Counted from the first letter of the stretch, positions 1 to 9,245 are shown. The stretch is DNA of 24,955 nucleotides from Thermoplasmata archaeon (GCA_034667685.1 JAXDQU010000010.1:1-24955), one strand, 5' to 3'. The notes: generated from the sequence alone by a model not told the origin. Numbers and translations are program-made.

Positions 1-1
1 C

Positions 2-472
2 GTGCCGCTCTCCGAAGGCGCGGGCTCCGTCCTGCTCGTCCACGACATCACGGAGCGCCGCGAGGCCGAGGAGGCGAAGCGCGCGCAGAGCGTCACGCGC
101 CCGCTGGTGCGCCGCATCATCCTCAACCTGGTGGGCAACTTCAACGCGACGCGCCACGCCATCGCCGACATGGGACGCAGCCTCGCCAAGGAGGTCGAGG
201 GCGATCGCCTGGACGCCTTCACGGACGCGTTCCGCCAGATGGGCCTGGGCAGCCTCGTCTTCGAGCGCAACGAGGGCGCGGGCTATCGTTTCGTGGGCGA
301 CGACCTGCTCGAACGCCGCCCGGCCTCGCTCCAGCCCACGTGCCACCTGGCAGTGGGCTACCTGGAGGGCACGGTCGCGAAGCTCCACGGCTCCTCCGCG
401 CTCGGAAGCGAAGTGCGCTGCCAGAGCCAAGGCTACGCGCGCTGCGAGTTCGTGGTGATGCCGAAGCGCTAG
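2..472 (+). CDS. PAS/PAC-V4R domain signalling protein, C-terminal part (5' truncated by window edge)
   Basis: PAC-terminal motif VHDITERREAEE, then a V4R-like domain with MGLG, CHLAVGYLEG and EVRCQSQGYARCEF (Cys/Glu metal-site pattern). Confidence 0.75.
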   Translation: MPLSEGAGSVLLVHDITERREAEEAKRAQSVTRPLVRRIILNLVGNFNATRHAIADMGRSLAKEVEGDRLDAFTDAFRQMGLGSLVFERNEGAGYRFVGDDLLERRPASLQPTCHLAVGYLEGTVAKLHGSSALGSEVRCQSQGYARCEFVVMPKR

Positions 473-503
473 GTATTTCCAGGGTGCCCAGTGTCGCCGC
501 CAT

Positions 504-1748
504 ATGCAGCAGCGCACCCTCGCGATGCTCGTGGGCGGCGGCCCGGCCCCGGGTCTCAATGGCGTCATCAACGCGGTCACGCTCGCGGCCCGCGCCCGCG
601 GCTGGAATGTCCTGGGCGTCCCGAAGGGCTTCAGCCAGCTCATGAAGGGTGATATCAGCAACGTCCGCGAGCTGACCGAGAAGGACGTCGCCGGCATCGA
701 GACGCGCGGCGGCTCGATCCTCTTCACCAGCCGCGCGAACCCGACCAAGAAGCCCGAGGACATGCAGAAGGTCGTCGAGAGCCTCAAGGCGCTGGGCGTC
801 ACGGACCTCGTCACGCTGGGCGGCGACGACACGGCCACGAGCGCGACGAAGGTCGCCGCGGCCTCGGGGGCCGGCATGCGCGCGGTCCACGTCCCGAAGA
901 CGATCGACAACGACCTCCCGCTGCCGGGCCAGGCGCCCACCTTCGGCTTCGAGACCGCGAAATACTGGGGCAGCGAGCTGTGCAAGAACCTCCGCGTCGA
1001 CGCGCAGACCACCGGGCGCTGGTACCTCATCACCGCGATGGGCCGCAGCGCGGGGCACCTCGCCCTGAGCATGGCCGTGGGCTCCGGCTCGCAGCTCGTC
1101 GTCATCCCGGAGGAGTTCCCCGCCGGCACGATCCGCCTCTCCGACATCGCGGACCTCGTGGAGGCCGCGATCGCGAAGCGCAGGGTCGATGGCTCCGACT
1201 GGGGCGTCGTCGTGCTCGCGGAAGGCCTCCTCGACCGCATGGACGCGCAGGAGCTTGCCTCGTTCGTCACGCTCGAATACGACGAGCACAACAACGCGCG
1301 CCTCAGCGAGATCGACCTCGGGCGCGTCGTGCGCGACGTCCTGCTATCACGGTTCAAGGAGCGGAAGCTCGACGTCGGCTTCATCACGAAGATCATCGGC
1401 TACGAGCTGCGCTGCGCCGACCCCGTGGCGTTCGACGTGCAGTACACGCGCACGCTGGGCGTGGGCGCCGTCGACTTCCTGGCGAACGGCCAGGGGCACG
1501 GGCTGATCTCGGTGCAGGACGGCAAGCTCGTCCCGATCCGGTTCGAGGACCTGCGCGACCCCGCGACGGGCAAGGTGCGCATCCGCCGCGTCGATCCGCA
1601 GGGCGCCGCGTGGCTCGCCTCGCTGCCGCTCCAGGCGCGCCTCCGCCCGGATGACCTCCAGGGCGCGCGCCTCGAAGCCTTCGCCAAGGCCGCGAAGCTC
1701 ACGCCCCAGCAGGCACAGGAGCGCTTCGGCGCGCTCGCGAAGGCGTGA
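504..1748 (+). CDS. pfp: Pyrophosphate-dependent phosphofructokinase (PfkA family)
   Basis: GGGPAPGLN, GGSILFTSR, GGDDT, PKTIDND, MGRSAG, GYELRC; GGDD together with PKTIDND is the PPi-specificity signature. Confidence 0.88.
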   Translation: MQQRTLAMLVGGGPAPGLNGVINAVTLAARARGWNVLGVPKGFSQLMKGDISNVRELTEKDVAGIETRGGSILFTSRANPTKKPEDMQKVVESLKALGVTDLVTLGGDDTATSATKVAAASGAGMRAVHVPKTIDNDLPLPGQAPTFGFETAKYWGSELCKNLRVDAQTTGRWYLITAMGRSAGHLALSMAVGSGSQLVVIPEEFPAGTIRLSDIADLVEAAIAKRRVDGSDWGVVVLAEGLLDRMDAQELASFVTLEYDEHNNARLSEIDLGRVVRDVLLSRFKERKLDVGFITKIIGYELRCADPVAFDVQYTRTLGVGAVDFLANGQGHGLISVQDGKLVPIRFEDLRDPATGKVRIRRVDPQGAAWLASLPLQARLRPDDLQGARLEAFAKAAKLTPQQAQERFGALAKA

Positions 1749-2192
1749 TCAGCGCCGCGCCTTCTTGCCCGCCTTCTTCGCTTTCTTCGCGGGCTTCTTC
1801 GCCTTCTTCGCGGCCTTCTTGGCCGCCTTCTTCCTGGGCTTGCGAAGCTCCGGGTCCTCCGAGAGCTGGAACGTGTTGCCGTCCGGGTCCGCGAAGTGCG
1901 CGACCACCGTGCCCCACTGCGTGTCCGTCGGGGGCGTGGGGAACGCGACGCCCTTCGCGCGCCACGTCTCGTAGAGCGCCCGCACGTCGGGCACCTCGAA
2001 GCCGATGCCCGTGTTGCCCTCCTCGCGCGTCCCGTTCTGGCAGAGGTGGATCACCGTCGAGGCGCCCTTCGGCGCCACCGTCACCCAGTGGCCCATGTCA
2101 TCGCGCAGCTCGAAGCCCAGCTTCTCCGTCCAGAACCGCTTGGCCGCGCCCGTGTCCGACACGACGATGGCCACGTCTCCGAAGACGATCAT
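1749..2192 (-). CDS. VOC/glyoxalase family protein with Lys/Ala-rich C-terminal tail
   Basis: VSD...AKRFWTEKLGF, FEVPDV, WG...FADPDGNTFQL; tail KPRKKAAKKAAKKAKKPAKKAKKAGKKARR. Confidence 0.88.
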   Translation of the reverse strand: MIVFGDVAIVVSDTGAAKRFWTEKLGFELRDDMGHWVTVAPKGASTVIHLCQNGTREEGNTGIGFEVPDVRALYETWRAKGVAFPTPPTDTQWGTVVAHFADPDGNTFQLSEDPELRKPRKKAAKKAAKKAKKPAKKAKKAGKKARR

Positions 2193-2324
2193 GCAGCGTC
2201 GTCATCGGAGGCGGAAGGTTTCAGTTTGATGCCGCTCAGCAAAGTCCAATCCAGTCATCGCGAATTTGGGGGTGCTCCTTCCGAAGCCAAGCATCACGGC
2301 GGCAAGCCGAGGGACCCTCTTCCT

Positions 2325-2771
2325 TCACTTGAGCGTTTCCCGCGCGTCCGCCACGTGGCCGTTGAAGTCGGCCTGCATGTCGCGGAGCATGCGCTTGCCG
2401 AAGAGCTTCGCGAAGAGCCCGGCGATCCCGCGCGCCTCGATGGCGCCCTCGACGACGAGCCGCGTGCCCGCGCCGTCCGGGATCGCGCGCCACGTCGCGC
2501 GGTAGCCATAGGCGCCGGTCAGGCGGACCTCGCGCGCCTTGGCGTCGAGCCGCGCCTCCATCTCGAAGACGCGCTTGCCCCAGACGTCGCGCAGCTTGAC
2601 GACGTCGCCGTCGCGCGAGACGACCTCGCGCCGGGAGCGCGCGCCCTCCGGCCCCCGGCCCGCGCCGCGCAGGAACGCCTCGCGCGCGTGGTCGTCCTCG
2701 CGGTGGTCGCTCATCCAGGCGTAGACCGCGTCGGCCGGCGCGTCGATGCGCGCTTCGTGGCGCCACTGCAT
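2325..2771 (-). CDS. SRPBCC/START-like (polyketide cyclase-type) protein
   Basis: N-terminal IDAPADAVYAW motif, GTRLVVE strand and C-terminal amphipathic helix; 148 aa. Confidence 0.7.
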   Translation of the reverse strand: MQWRHEARIDAPADAVYAWMSDHREDDHAREAFLRGAGRGPEGARSRREVVSRDGDVVKLRDVWGKRVFEMEARLDAKAREVRLTGAYGYRATWRAIPDGAGTRLVVEGAIEARGIAGLFAKLFGKRMLRDMQADFNGHVADARETLK

Positions 2772-2790
2772 GAGGCGGCCAACGGCGGCA

Positions 2791-2802
2791 GGCCTTATAG
2801 GC
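2791..2802. promoter_or_regulatory. Putative bidirectional TATA box between divergent leaderless genes
   Basis: GGCCTTATAGGC lies in a 55-bp GC-rich spacer, about 25-30 nt from both ATG 2771(-) and ATG 2827(+). Confidence 0.5.
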
Positions 2803-2826
2803 GTCTATGCGACTTCGGCTATTCGC

Positions 2827-3651
2827 ATGGTTGCGACGAGCGGCTCCGACCTGCGCATCCTCCGCCTGCTGCGCGCCCAGCCGATGCACGCCTACGCGGT
2901 CGCGGCGCGCCTGGCGCAGGAGGGCGAGACGGCCGACCGCGCGACGGTCTACCGGCGCCTCGACCGCCTGGAGCGCGCGGGCCTGCTGGCCTCCTCCGAC
3001 GCGCCCGGCCAGGGCCCGCGCCGGCGCGTCTACCGCGTGGCGCCCGCCGGCACGCGCGCGCTGCACGACGAGCTTCGCGGCGCGCTGGATCGGCTGATGG
3101 CGGCATACCACGACGCGACCCGGCGCAGGTCGGGCGGAGGCTCGCGCATGCCCGAGGGTCCCGTCGCGATGGTCAGCGGCTCGCGCGTGGGCTCGCTGGA
3201 GCTGCGCATCCTCGGCCACTACGCCGCCGCGCGCCCGCGACAGACGTTCCTCGTCGTCCCGCCCGGCACCGCGCTGCCCGGCCGCGCCCCGCCCGGCCTC
3301 GTCGTGATGGAGGGCGCGTGGAGCGCGCTGCCGCTGCGGGACGCCCACGCGCGCCTGCTCTTCGTCAACGAGCTTCCGCCGACCCGCGCGCTCCCCCGCG
3401 CGGCGCGCGAGTGGGCGCGCGTGCTCGCGCCGGGCGGCACGCTCCACGCCATCGCGCCCGCGCCGCTGCCGCGCGGCCTCGACCCGTTCGTGGACTTCCT
3501 GGCCGACGCGCAGGCGCAGCTCTTCCCCGACGTCGCGGAGGCGCCCGCCTCGGAGACCGTCACGAAGGCGTTGCGCGCCGCGTTCCGCGACGTGGCGGAG
3601 AAGCGCGAAGGCCCTCAGAGAGTCTGGACGGCCCGCGCCAAGGTCACTTGA
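2827..3651 (+). CDS. PadR-family wHTH regulator fused to a degenerate class I SAM-methyltransferase-like domain
   Basis: ILRLLRAQPMHAYAV, TVYRRLDRLERAGLL, RRRVYRV (PadR); LPLRD and REWARVLAPGG (methyltransferase post-II/III-like); start placed at ATG 2827. Confidence 0.75.
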   Translation: MVATSGSDLRILRLLRAQPMHAYAVAARLAQEGETADRATVYRRLDRLERAGLLASSDAPGQGPRRRVYRVAPAGTRALHDELRGALDRLMAAYHDATRRRSGGGSRMPEGPVAMVSGSRVGSLELRILGHYAAARPRQTFLVVPPGTALPGRAPPGLVVMEGAWSALPLRDAHARLLFVNELPPTRALPRAAREWARVLAPGGTLHAIAPAPLPRGLDPFVDFLADAQAQLFPDVAEAPASETVTKALRAAFRDVAEKREGPQRVWTARAKVT

Positions 3652-4057
3652 TCGGCCGCCCCTCGACGTACGCCTTCAGGGCCTTCAGAAAGCTCTCCCA
3701 GCCCCAGGTGAACCGGTCGAGCCACTCCTCGCGGCCCTCGAACCCTTCGTGGGTGAGCGTGACGCGCGCGCCCTTGGGCGTGGGGGCGATCTCCCAGGTG
3801 ACGGTGCCCCACCAGGGGGCGTGGTAATCCATGACGATGCGCTCGTTCTCCTGAAGCTCGGCGAAGGTCGCCCGCACGCTTCCTTCGGGGCCGTCGAAGG
3901 ACATCGAGCCGCCCACGGCGAACTCGGCGGTGGTGCCGTCCATGTACCAGGTCGAGAGCGCCTCGCCGGTGCGGAACGCGTCGTAGACCTTCTGGGGCGT
4001 GGCGCCCACCTGGATCGAACGACGGATCGACGCTGCCTTGTTCTGCGCGCGCGGCAT
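3644..4057 (-). CDS. SRPBCC/AHSA1 (activator of Hsp90 ATPase homolog) domain protein
   Basis: ATPQKVYDAF...LSTWY, ARVTLTHEGF, GWESFLKALKAYVEG; start at ATG 4057 with TTAAGA upstream. Confidence 0.85.
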   Translation of the reverse strand: MPRAQNKAASIRRSIQVGATPQKVYDAFRTGEALSTWYMDGTTAEFAVGGSMSFDGPEGSVRATFAELQENERIVMDYHAPWWGTVTWEIAPTPKGARVTLTHEGFEGREEWLDRFTWGWESFLKALKAYVEGRPIK

Positions 4058-4125
4058 GGAGGACGCGGGATGACTCCCTGCGGGCTTTCTTAACCCTTTC
4101 TTCTGCGCAGCACTCCGCGCGTGAG

Positions 4126-4320
4126 CTAGCGCGTCCGGCTCTCGCGGTCGCGCTTGACCTGCCAGGCGGTCAGGACGAGGCCCAACGGGCAGAGCACGCC
4201 GGCGACGAAGGGGATCCAGGCGTAGCGGCCGTAGCCCCACACGGAGAGGGCGAGCACGAGCGCGAACGGGGCCAGGGCGACGGCCCAATGCAGGGCGTCC
4301 CGCCACGCGGTGCGTGCCAT
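4126..4320 (-). CDS. Small two-TM membrane protein, hypothetical
   Basis: 64-aa ORF with two hydrophobic stretches; fills the gap between glpK and the SRPBCC gene on the same strand. Confidence 0.6.
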   Translation of the reverse strand: MARTAWRDALHWAVALAPFALVLALSVWGYGRYAWIPFVAGVLCPLGLVLTAWQVKRDRESRTR

Positions 4321-4356
4321 GATCCTGCCGGAGCCCGTCCCCCTACTTGAGCGCTT

Positions 4357-5829
4357 TCACGACACGGTGCCCGCGAGGTCCGCGTATGCACGTCTTGCGG
4401 CATCGACGAAGCGCGCCCAGTCCGCGTTGCGCCGGTCGCGCTCGCCGGCCGGCATCCGCGGCGTGAAGCGCTTGTCGAGGCGCCAGGCCTTGGCGAGCGC
4501 GTCGCGCGAGGCGATGGCGCCGCTCCCGAGGGCGGCCAGCGCGGCGGCGCCGAGGCTCGTCGTCTCCGCGATCCGCGGGCGCTCGACGGGCACGCCCACG
4601 AGGTCCGCCTGCGTCTGCATCAGGAACCCGTTGGCGCTGCCGCCGCCGTCGACGCGCAGCGTGCGGATCTCGACGCCCGAGTCCTCCTGCATGGCGCGCA
4701 GCACCTCGGCGGTGCGGTACGCGGTGGCTTCGAGCACGGCGCGGACGAGGTGCGCCTTGGTCGTGCCGCGCGTGAGGCCCAGGAACGCGCCGCGCGCCTC
4801 GGCGTCCCAGTGCGGCGCCGCGAGGCCCGCCAGCGCGGGGAGGAACCGGACGCCGCCCGTATCCTTCACGCTGCGCGCCATCCGCTCGGTCTCCGCCGCG
4901 GTCTTCACGAAGCCGAGCTGGTCGCGCAGCCACTGCACGCTGGCGCCCGTCGTGAAGATGGAGCCCTCGAGCGCGTACTCGACCTTGCCCTCCAGGTCCC
5001 ACGCGACGGTCGCGAGCAGGCGCTTCGAGGTCGGGCGCTTGCCGCCGGTGTTCATCAGCATGAACGAGCCCGTGCCGTACGTGTTCTTGGCGTCGCCCGG
5101 CGCGAAGCACGCCTGCCCGAAGAGCGCGGCCTGCTGGTCGCCCGCGATCCCGGCGATGGGCACGCCCTCCGGCGTCTGCGCCAGGTGGCCGCTGCTGGGC
5201 ACGACGCGGGGCAGGCTTTCGCTGGGCACGCCGAACAGCGATCGCAATTCGTCGGACCACGCGCGCCGGTCGAGGTCGTAGAGCATCGTGCGGCTCGCGT
5301 TGCTCGCGTCGGTGACGTGCGACTCGCCGGCTGACAGCTTCCAGACGAGCCACGAGTCGATGGTGCCGAAGCGGAGCCGTCCTTCGCGCGCGGCCTTCTG
5401 CACGCGCGGCGCGTGGCGCAGCAACCACTCCATCTTGGTCGCGGAGAAGTACGGGTCCGTCACGAGCCCGGTGCGGTCGCGGATCCACGCCTCGCGCCCC
5501 TCGCGCCGAAGCTCGTCGCAGCGCGCCGCGGTGCGCCGGTCCTGCCAGACGATGGCGCGGTGGAGCGGCTTGCCCGTCTTGGCGTCCCACGCGACGACCG
5601 TCTCGCGCTGGTTCGTGATGCCGATCGCCGTGGGCTTCGCGCGCCCGAGCGCCTTGCGCATCACGGCCGCGGTCGTCTCCCAGATGTCCTGGGCGTCGTG
5701 CTCCACCCAGCCGGGCTTGGGGAAGTGCTGCGCGAACTCGCGGTCGGCCGTCGCCTGCGGCCGGAGCTTCGCGTCGTACACCGTGGCCTGGGAGCCCGTC
5801 GTGCCCTGGTCGAGGGCGAGGATGCGCAT
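4357..5829 (-). CDS. glpK: Glycerol kinase
   Basis: ALDQGTT, PGWVEHD, GITNQRET, AIVWQDRRT, DPYFSATK, GTIDSWL, GDQQAALFG, KNTYGTG, LRVDGG. Confidence 0.97.
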   Translation of the reverse strand: MRILALDQGTTGSQATVYDAKLRPQATADREFAQHFPKPGWVEHDAQDIWETTAAVMRKALGRAKPTAIGITNQRETVVAWDAKTGKPLHRAIVWQDRRTAARCDELRREGREAWIRDRTGLVTDPYFSATKMEWLLRHAPRVQKAAREGRLRFGTIDSWLVWKLSAGESHVTDASNASRTMLYDLDRRAWSDELRSLFGVPSESLPRVVPSSGHLAQTPEGVPIAGIAGDQQAALFGQACFAPGDAKNTYGTGSFMLMNTGGKRPTSKRLLATVAWDLEGKVEYALEGSIFTTGASVQWLRDQLGFVKTAAETERMARSVKDTGGVRFLPALAGLAAPHWDAEARGAFLGLTRGTTKAHLVRAVLEATAYRTAEVLRAMQEDSGVEIRTLRVDGGGSANGFLMQTQADLVGVPVERPRIAETTSLGAAALAALGSGAIASRDALAKAWRLDKRFTPRMPAGERDRRNADWARFVDAARRAYADLAGTVS

Positions 5830-5927
5830 GCGCGAAGAAGCCCGCGGCGCGGGATGAGCGCTTCGCCAGGAGCGGCGGCGCGAAAGGACTATGATGCGAC
5901 GGGGCCGCTGCCTCGTGAGGGACGGCG

Positions 5928-6479
5928 TTGGACTGGATCGCGTCGGCCGTGCGGGCGGCAGTCGATTCCACGGTGGTGGCGCCCCTGATGGGACGCGGCC
6001 CGCTCACGGCCCGGGAGATCGTCGGGTCGCCCGTCCGGCGCGAGATCCTTCGGCTCGTCAGGACGCAGCCCGGCATCGCGGTCTCGGAGCTGCGCTCGCG
6101 GCTCGACGCCGGGTGGGGCTCGGTGCATTACCACCTCACGAAGCTGAGGATGGCGGGCCGCATCGAGGTCCGCTCGGTGGGGCGCGTCAGCCTCGTCTAC
6201 CTCCCTGGCGCCGGCCAGGCGCGGCACGCGAAGGCCGTCTCGCTGCTGCGCGGGCCCACGGCGCGCCGCATCGCGGAGGCCGTCCTGGCTTCGCCGGGCT
6301 GCTCGATCCCGGATCTCGTCGTGACGACCGGCGAGTCGCCCCGCGTCGTCTATTACCACGTGAAGCGGCTTGCGGAGGTCGGCGTCATCACGTCGGCGTC
6401 GCGGTTCCGCCACGTGGACCTCCGGCCATCGCGGGGCCTCGAGAAGCTGCTGCGCAAGAGCCGGCCCGGCGCGGCCTGA
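5928..6479 (+). CDS. Tandem winged-HTH transcriptional regulator (archaeal double-wHTH type); alternative start ATG 5988
   Basis: Two wHTH repeats: RREILRLVRTQPGI...SVHYHLTKL and RRIAEAVLASPG...VVYYHVKRLAEVGVI. Confidence 0.8.
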   Translation: MDWIASAVRAAVDSTVVAPLMGRGPLTAREIVGSPVRREILRLVRTQPGIAVSELRSRLDAGWGSVHYHLTKLRMAGRIEVRSVGRVSLVYLPGAGQARHAKAVSLLRGPTARRIAEAVLASPGCSIPDLVVTTGESPRVVYYHVKRLAEVGVITSASRFRHVDLRPSRGLEKLLRKSRPGAA

Positions 6480-6480
6480 C

Positions 6481-6666
6481 TCAGTGTTTCTTGCCTGGCG
6501 ACTTGACGCGCAGGTCGCCGATGAAGCCCACGATCTGGCCGCGGGCTCGCAGGCGGTTGAGCAGGGGATGCACGTGCGTGCGGGGGATGCGCGCGAGGCG
6601 TGCGATCGTCTTGGAATCCTGCGCGCCGCGCCGGACCGAGCTCAAGACGCGGTCCGTTTGGGTCAT
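6481..6666 (-). CDS. Small basic wHTH protein (TrmB/ArsR-like N-terminal fold)
   Basis: 61 aa, TIARLARIPRTHVHPLLNRLRARGQI; TATGAA about 27 nt upstream of ATG 6666. Confidence 0.6.
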   Translation of the reverse strand: MTQTDRVLSSVRRGAQDSKTIARLARIPRTHVHPLLNRLRARGQIVGFIGDLRVKSPGKKH

Positions 6667-6725
6667 GGGGGGTCGGCCTGGTCCTCGCTTCTTCATACAG
6701 CCACTGGGTTTCACATAAAACCTCG

Positions 6726-6735
6726 AATAAAAAAA
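6726..6735 (-). terminator. Putative oligo-T terminator downstream of the protease-RR-HK operon
   Basis: TTTTTTTATT on the minus strand about 95 nt after the kinase stop; such T-runs are very rare in this GC-rich window. Confidence 0.4.
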
Positions 6736-6828
6736 CTCTTCTCCTCGGTTACGCCCCGCGCGGGGCCGAAAAACGAGGCGACCAGCACCAGCCGTGGGTG
6801 TTAGTGGCGGGGGGTCGCGCGACGGCGC

Positions 6829-8535
6829 CTAGGCCTGGGCCGGCAGCCGCAGCGTGAAGCGCGCGCCCTTGCCCGGCGCGCTCTCCAGGCGCATCTCGCC
6901 CCCGTGCGCCTCGACGATGCCCTTGGACACGGAGAGGCCCAGCCCCGTGCCCTGGCGCTTGGTGGTGAAGAAGGGCTCGAAGAGGCGGCGCTGCACGTCG
7001 GGCGGGATGCCGGGGCCGTCGTCCGCGACCTCGACGAACACGTCGCGCGCCTCCGCCCAGACCTTGAGCTTGACGCGGCCGCCCTGCTGGGCCAGCGCCT
7101 CGCTGGCGTTCTTGACGAGGTTGAGGACGACCTGGTGGAGCTCGGCCGCGTTGGCCTCGACGCGCGGCGCGGCGGGCGCGAGGTCCAGCTCCAGCGCGAC
7201 GTTGCGCGGGAGGCCCAGCTTCACGACCTCGGCCACGTCCTCCGCGATGGCGCGCACGTCCTCGGGCGCGCGCTCGCCGTTGCCCTGGCGCGCGACGGCC
7301 TTGAGCGCGTGCGTGATCTTGTCGACGCGGTCGATGCCCTCCTTGAGGCGCGCGAGCGAGGCGTTGGCGTGCGCGACGTCGCCCTCCTCGATGTCCATGC
7401 GGGTGAGCTCCAGCGCGCCGCGCATGTATGTGACCGGGTTGTTGATCTCGTGCGCGACGCCCGCGACGAGCGTGCCCAGCGCGCTGAGCTTCTCCTGCCT
7501 GGCGATCGTCGCCATCTGCTGGAGCGAGCGCGCCTGGCCGACGGTCGCCGCGAGCTGCTGCGCGACGATGCGCACGAGCCCCTTCTCCACGTCGGTGATG
7601 CCGCTCGCGGCGCGGCGCGGCACGAGGCGCAGCGTCCCGAGGCCCGGCACGGGCTCGTCGAGCGGCGCGGCGCGCGGGTCGCCGGGCGCGAACTCCTCGA
7701 CGATGGGCGCCTGGCCTTCGAGCAGCACCTCGGCGCGGCCCACGCTGGGGAACGCATCGCCGCACGCGCGCAGGACGCGGCGCGAGGCCTCGTCGACGTC
7801 GCTGACGCCCACGAGGTCCTTCGCGACCTGCGTGAGGCGCTTGTGGACCTCCAGCTCGCGGTCCGCGACCGAGGCGAGCACGCCGTAGCGGTACGTGAGG
7901 AACACGAAGGGCATCAGCGCCAGGAGCGTCGCGGGGTGGAGCGACCAGAGCGCCGCGACGGCCACGCCGCCGCCCACGCCGACCGCGCCCGCGAGCAGGC
8001 CGGGCGCCAGGAACCGTCGCGCGAAGATGGCGACGTGCCCCTCGCCGCTCAGGCGGTGGAAGATCCCCGCCACGAGGAAGTTCGAGACGAGCGGGTAGAG
8101 CAGCGCGGCCGGGAGCGCGGCGAGGATCGGCGGAGCGCCCAGGCGCAGGGCCAGCAGGAACGCGCCCGCGGCGGCGCCCGAGGCGAGGACGTTCTGCGCG
8201 AGGTTGAACGTGGCCTTCAGCGCATCGCGCCGCATGCGCGCCTGCTCCAGCAGGCCTGATAGCAGGACGAGAAGCGGGACCGCGGGGACCGGCAGCGCGA
8301 GGAGGCCCACGAAGAGCGCGACCTCGTCGAGCACCATGCGGTGGCGGTGCCCCTGCCAGGCGAACGTGAAGCTCGTCTGCCCCAGGAGGAAGAACGCGGC
8401 GACGAACGTGACGGCGCCAAGCGCGGCGGCCCACGCGGGGCCGGGCAGGCGCAGCGTCGCGGCGCAGAGGCCGAGGACGCCCAGCCCTCCGGCCGCCAGC
8501 GCGAGGACGTAGCGCTTCAGCGCCGCCTCGCTCAC
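6829..8535 (-). CDS. Membrane sensor histidine kinase (multi-TM MASE-like input, linker/GAF-like region, HisKA, HATPase)
   Basis: H-box GVAHEINNP, N-box QVVLNLVKNA, G1 DDGPGIP, F-box LFEPFFTTK, G2 GTGLGLS; several N-terminal TM helices; GTG 8535 overlaps the regulator stop (GTGA). Confidence 0.93.
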   Translation of the reverse strand: MSEAALKRYVLALAAGGLGVLGLCAATLRLPGPAWAAALGAVTFVAAFFLLGQTSFTFAWQGHRHRMVLDEVALFVGLLALPVPAVPLLVLLSGLLEQARMRRDALKATFNLAQNVLASGAAAGAFLLALRLGAPPILAALPAALLYPLVSNFLVAGIFHRLSGEGHVAIFARRFLAPGLLAGAVGVGGGVAVAALWSLHPATLLALMPFVFLTYRYGVLASVADRELEVHKRLTQVAKDLVGVSDVDEASRRVLRACGDAFPSVGRAEVLLEGQAPIVEEFAPGDPRAAPLDEPVPGLGTLRLVPRRAASGITDVEKGLVRIVAQQLAATVGQARSLQQMATIARQEKLSALGTLVAGVAHEINNPVTYMRGALELTRMDIEEGDVAHANASLARLKEGIDRVDKITHALKAVARQGNGERAPEDVRAIAEDVAEVVKLGLPRNVALELDLAPAAPRVEANAAELHQVVLNLVKNASEALAQQGGRVKLKVWAEARDVFVEVADDGPGIPPDVQRRLFEPFFTTKRQGTGLGLSVSKGIVEAHGGEMRLESAPGKGARFTLRLPAQA

Positions 8536-9245
8536 GGCCCGCTCCTGGGGCGCGCGACCATGGCGCGGAGCCGCGCCGCGACGCCCGGGTGGGCCTGGAG
8601 GTACGCGAGCAGCCGCAGCGCGTCCTCCTCGTCGGAGGCGGGCGCGCGCCGCAGCAGCGTGGCGAGGTCGCGCGGCTCGGCCGCCTGCGCGGGCGCGGGC
8701 GCGTGGCGAACGACGGGCACGCTCGTGGGCTGGGGGCGGGGCTGGGGCTCGGGCTGAGGCTGAGGCTGGGGGCGAGCCGCCTGGCGGCGGCTCGCGGCGA
8801 ACTCCGCGAACGCGCCCTCGGGGTAGGCGTAGGGGCCCTCGCGCTCGGCGCGCGCCTTCTCCTCGGGGGGCATCGCGAGGATCTCGAAGACCGCGCGGCC
8901 GAAGTCGTTCCACTCCCACGGCTTGCGCAGGAGCGCGTGGATGCCCCGCGCGCCCATCTGCGGGGGCGTGGCGACGATATCAAGGTAGGCCGTCATCAGC
9001 GCGCGGGGCGCGTGCGGCGCCAGGACGCGCGCCTGCTCCAGAAAGGCGAGGCCGTCCATCTCGGCCATGTGGTTGTCTGATAGCACGAGGTCCACGCGCG
9101 GCGCGGTGGCGAGCCAGGCGAGCGCCTCCTTGGGCTTGTTGAAGGCCTGGACGCGGACCCCTTCGAGCCTGCGCTGGAGGAAGTCGGCCGCGATGGCCGT
9201 CATCGGCTCCATGTCGTCGACGAGGAGGATCACGCGCTCGGCCAT
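8532..9245 (-). CDS. Response regulator receiver protein with PQ-rich linker and small uncharacterised C-terminal domain
   Basis: ILLVDD, LVLSDNHMAEMDG (phospho-acceptor Asp), LMTAY, LRKPW; SD GAGGTGA before ATG 9245. Confidence 0.92.
   Translation of the reverse strand: MAERVILLVDDMEPMTAIAADFLQRRLEGVRVQAFNKPKEALAWLATAPRVDLVLSDNHMAEMDGLAFLEQARVLAPHAPRALMTAYLDIVATPPQMGARGIHALLRKPWEWNDFGRAVFEILAMPPEEKARAEREGPYAYPEGAFAEFAASRRQAARPQPQPQPEPQPRPQPTSVPVVRHAPAPAQAAEPRDLATLLRRAPASDEEDALRLLAYLQAHPGVAARLRAMVARPRSGP

Noticed and set aside
2193-2324. Intergenic spacer as a possible ncRNA (shares CCGAGGGACC with about 12829)
   Set aside because: No recognisable RNA family or convincing fold; a 10-bp GC-rich match is not significant.
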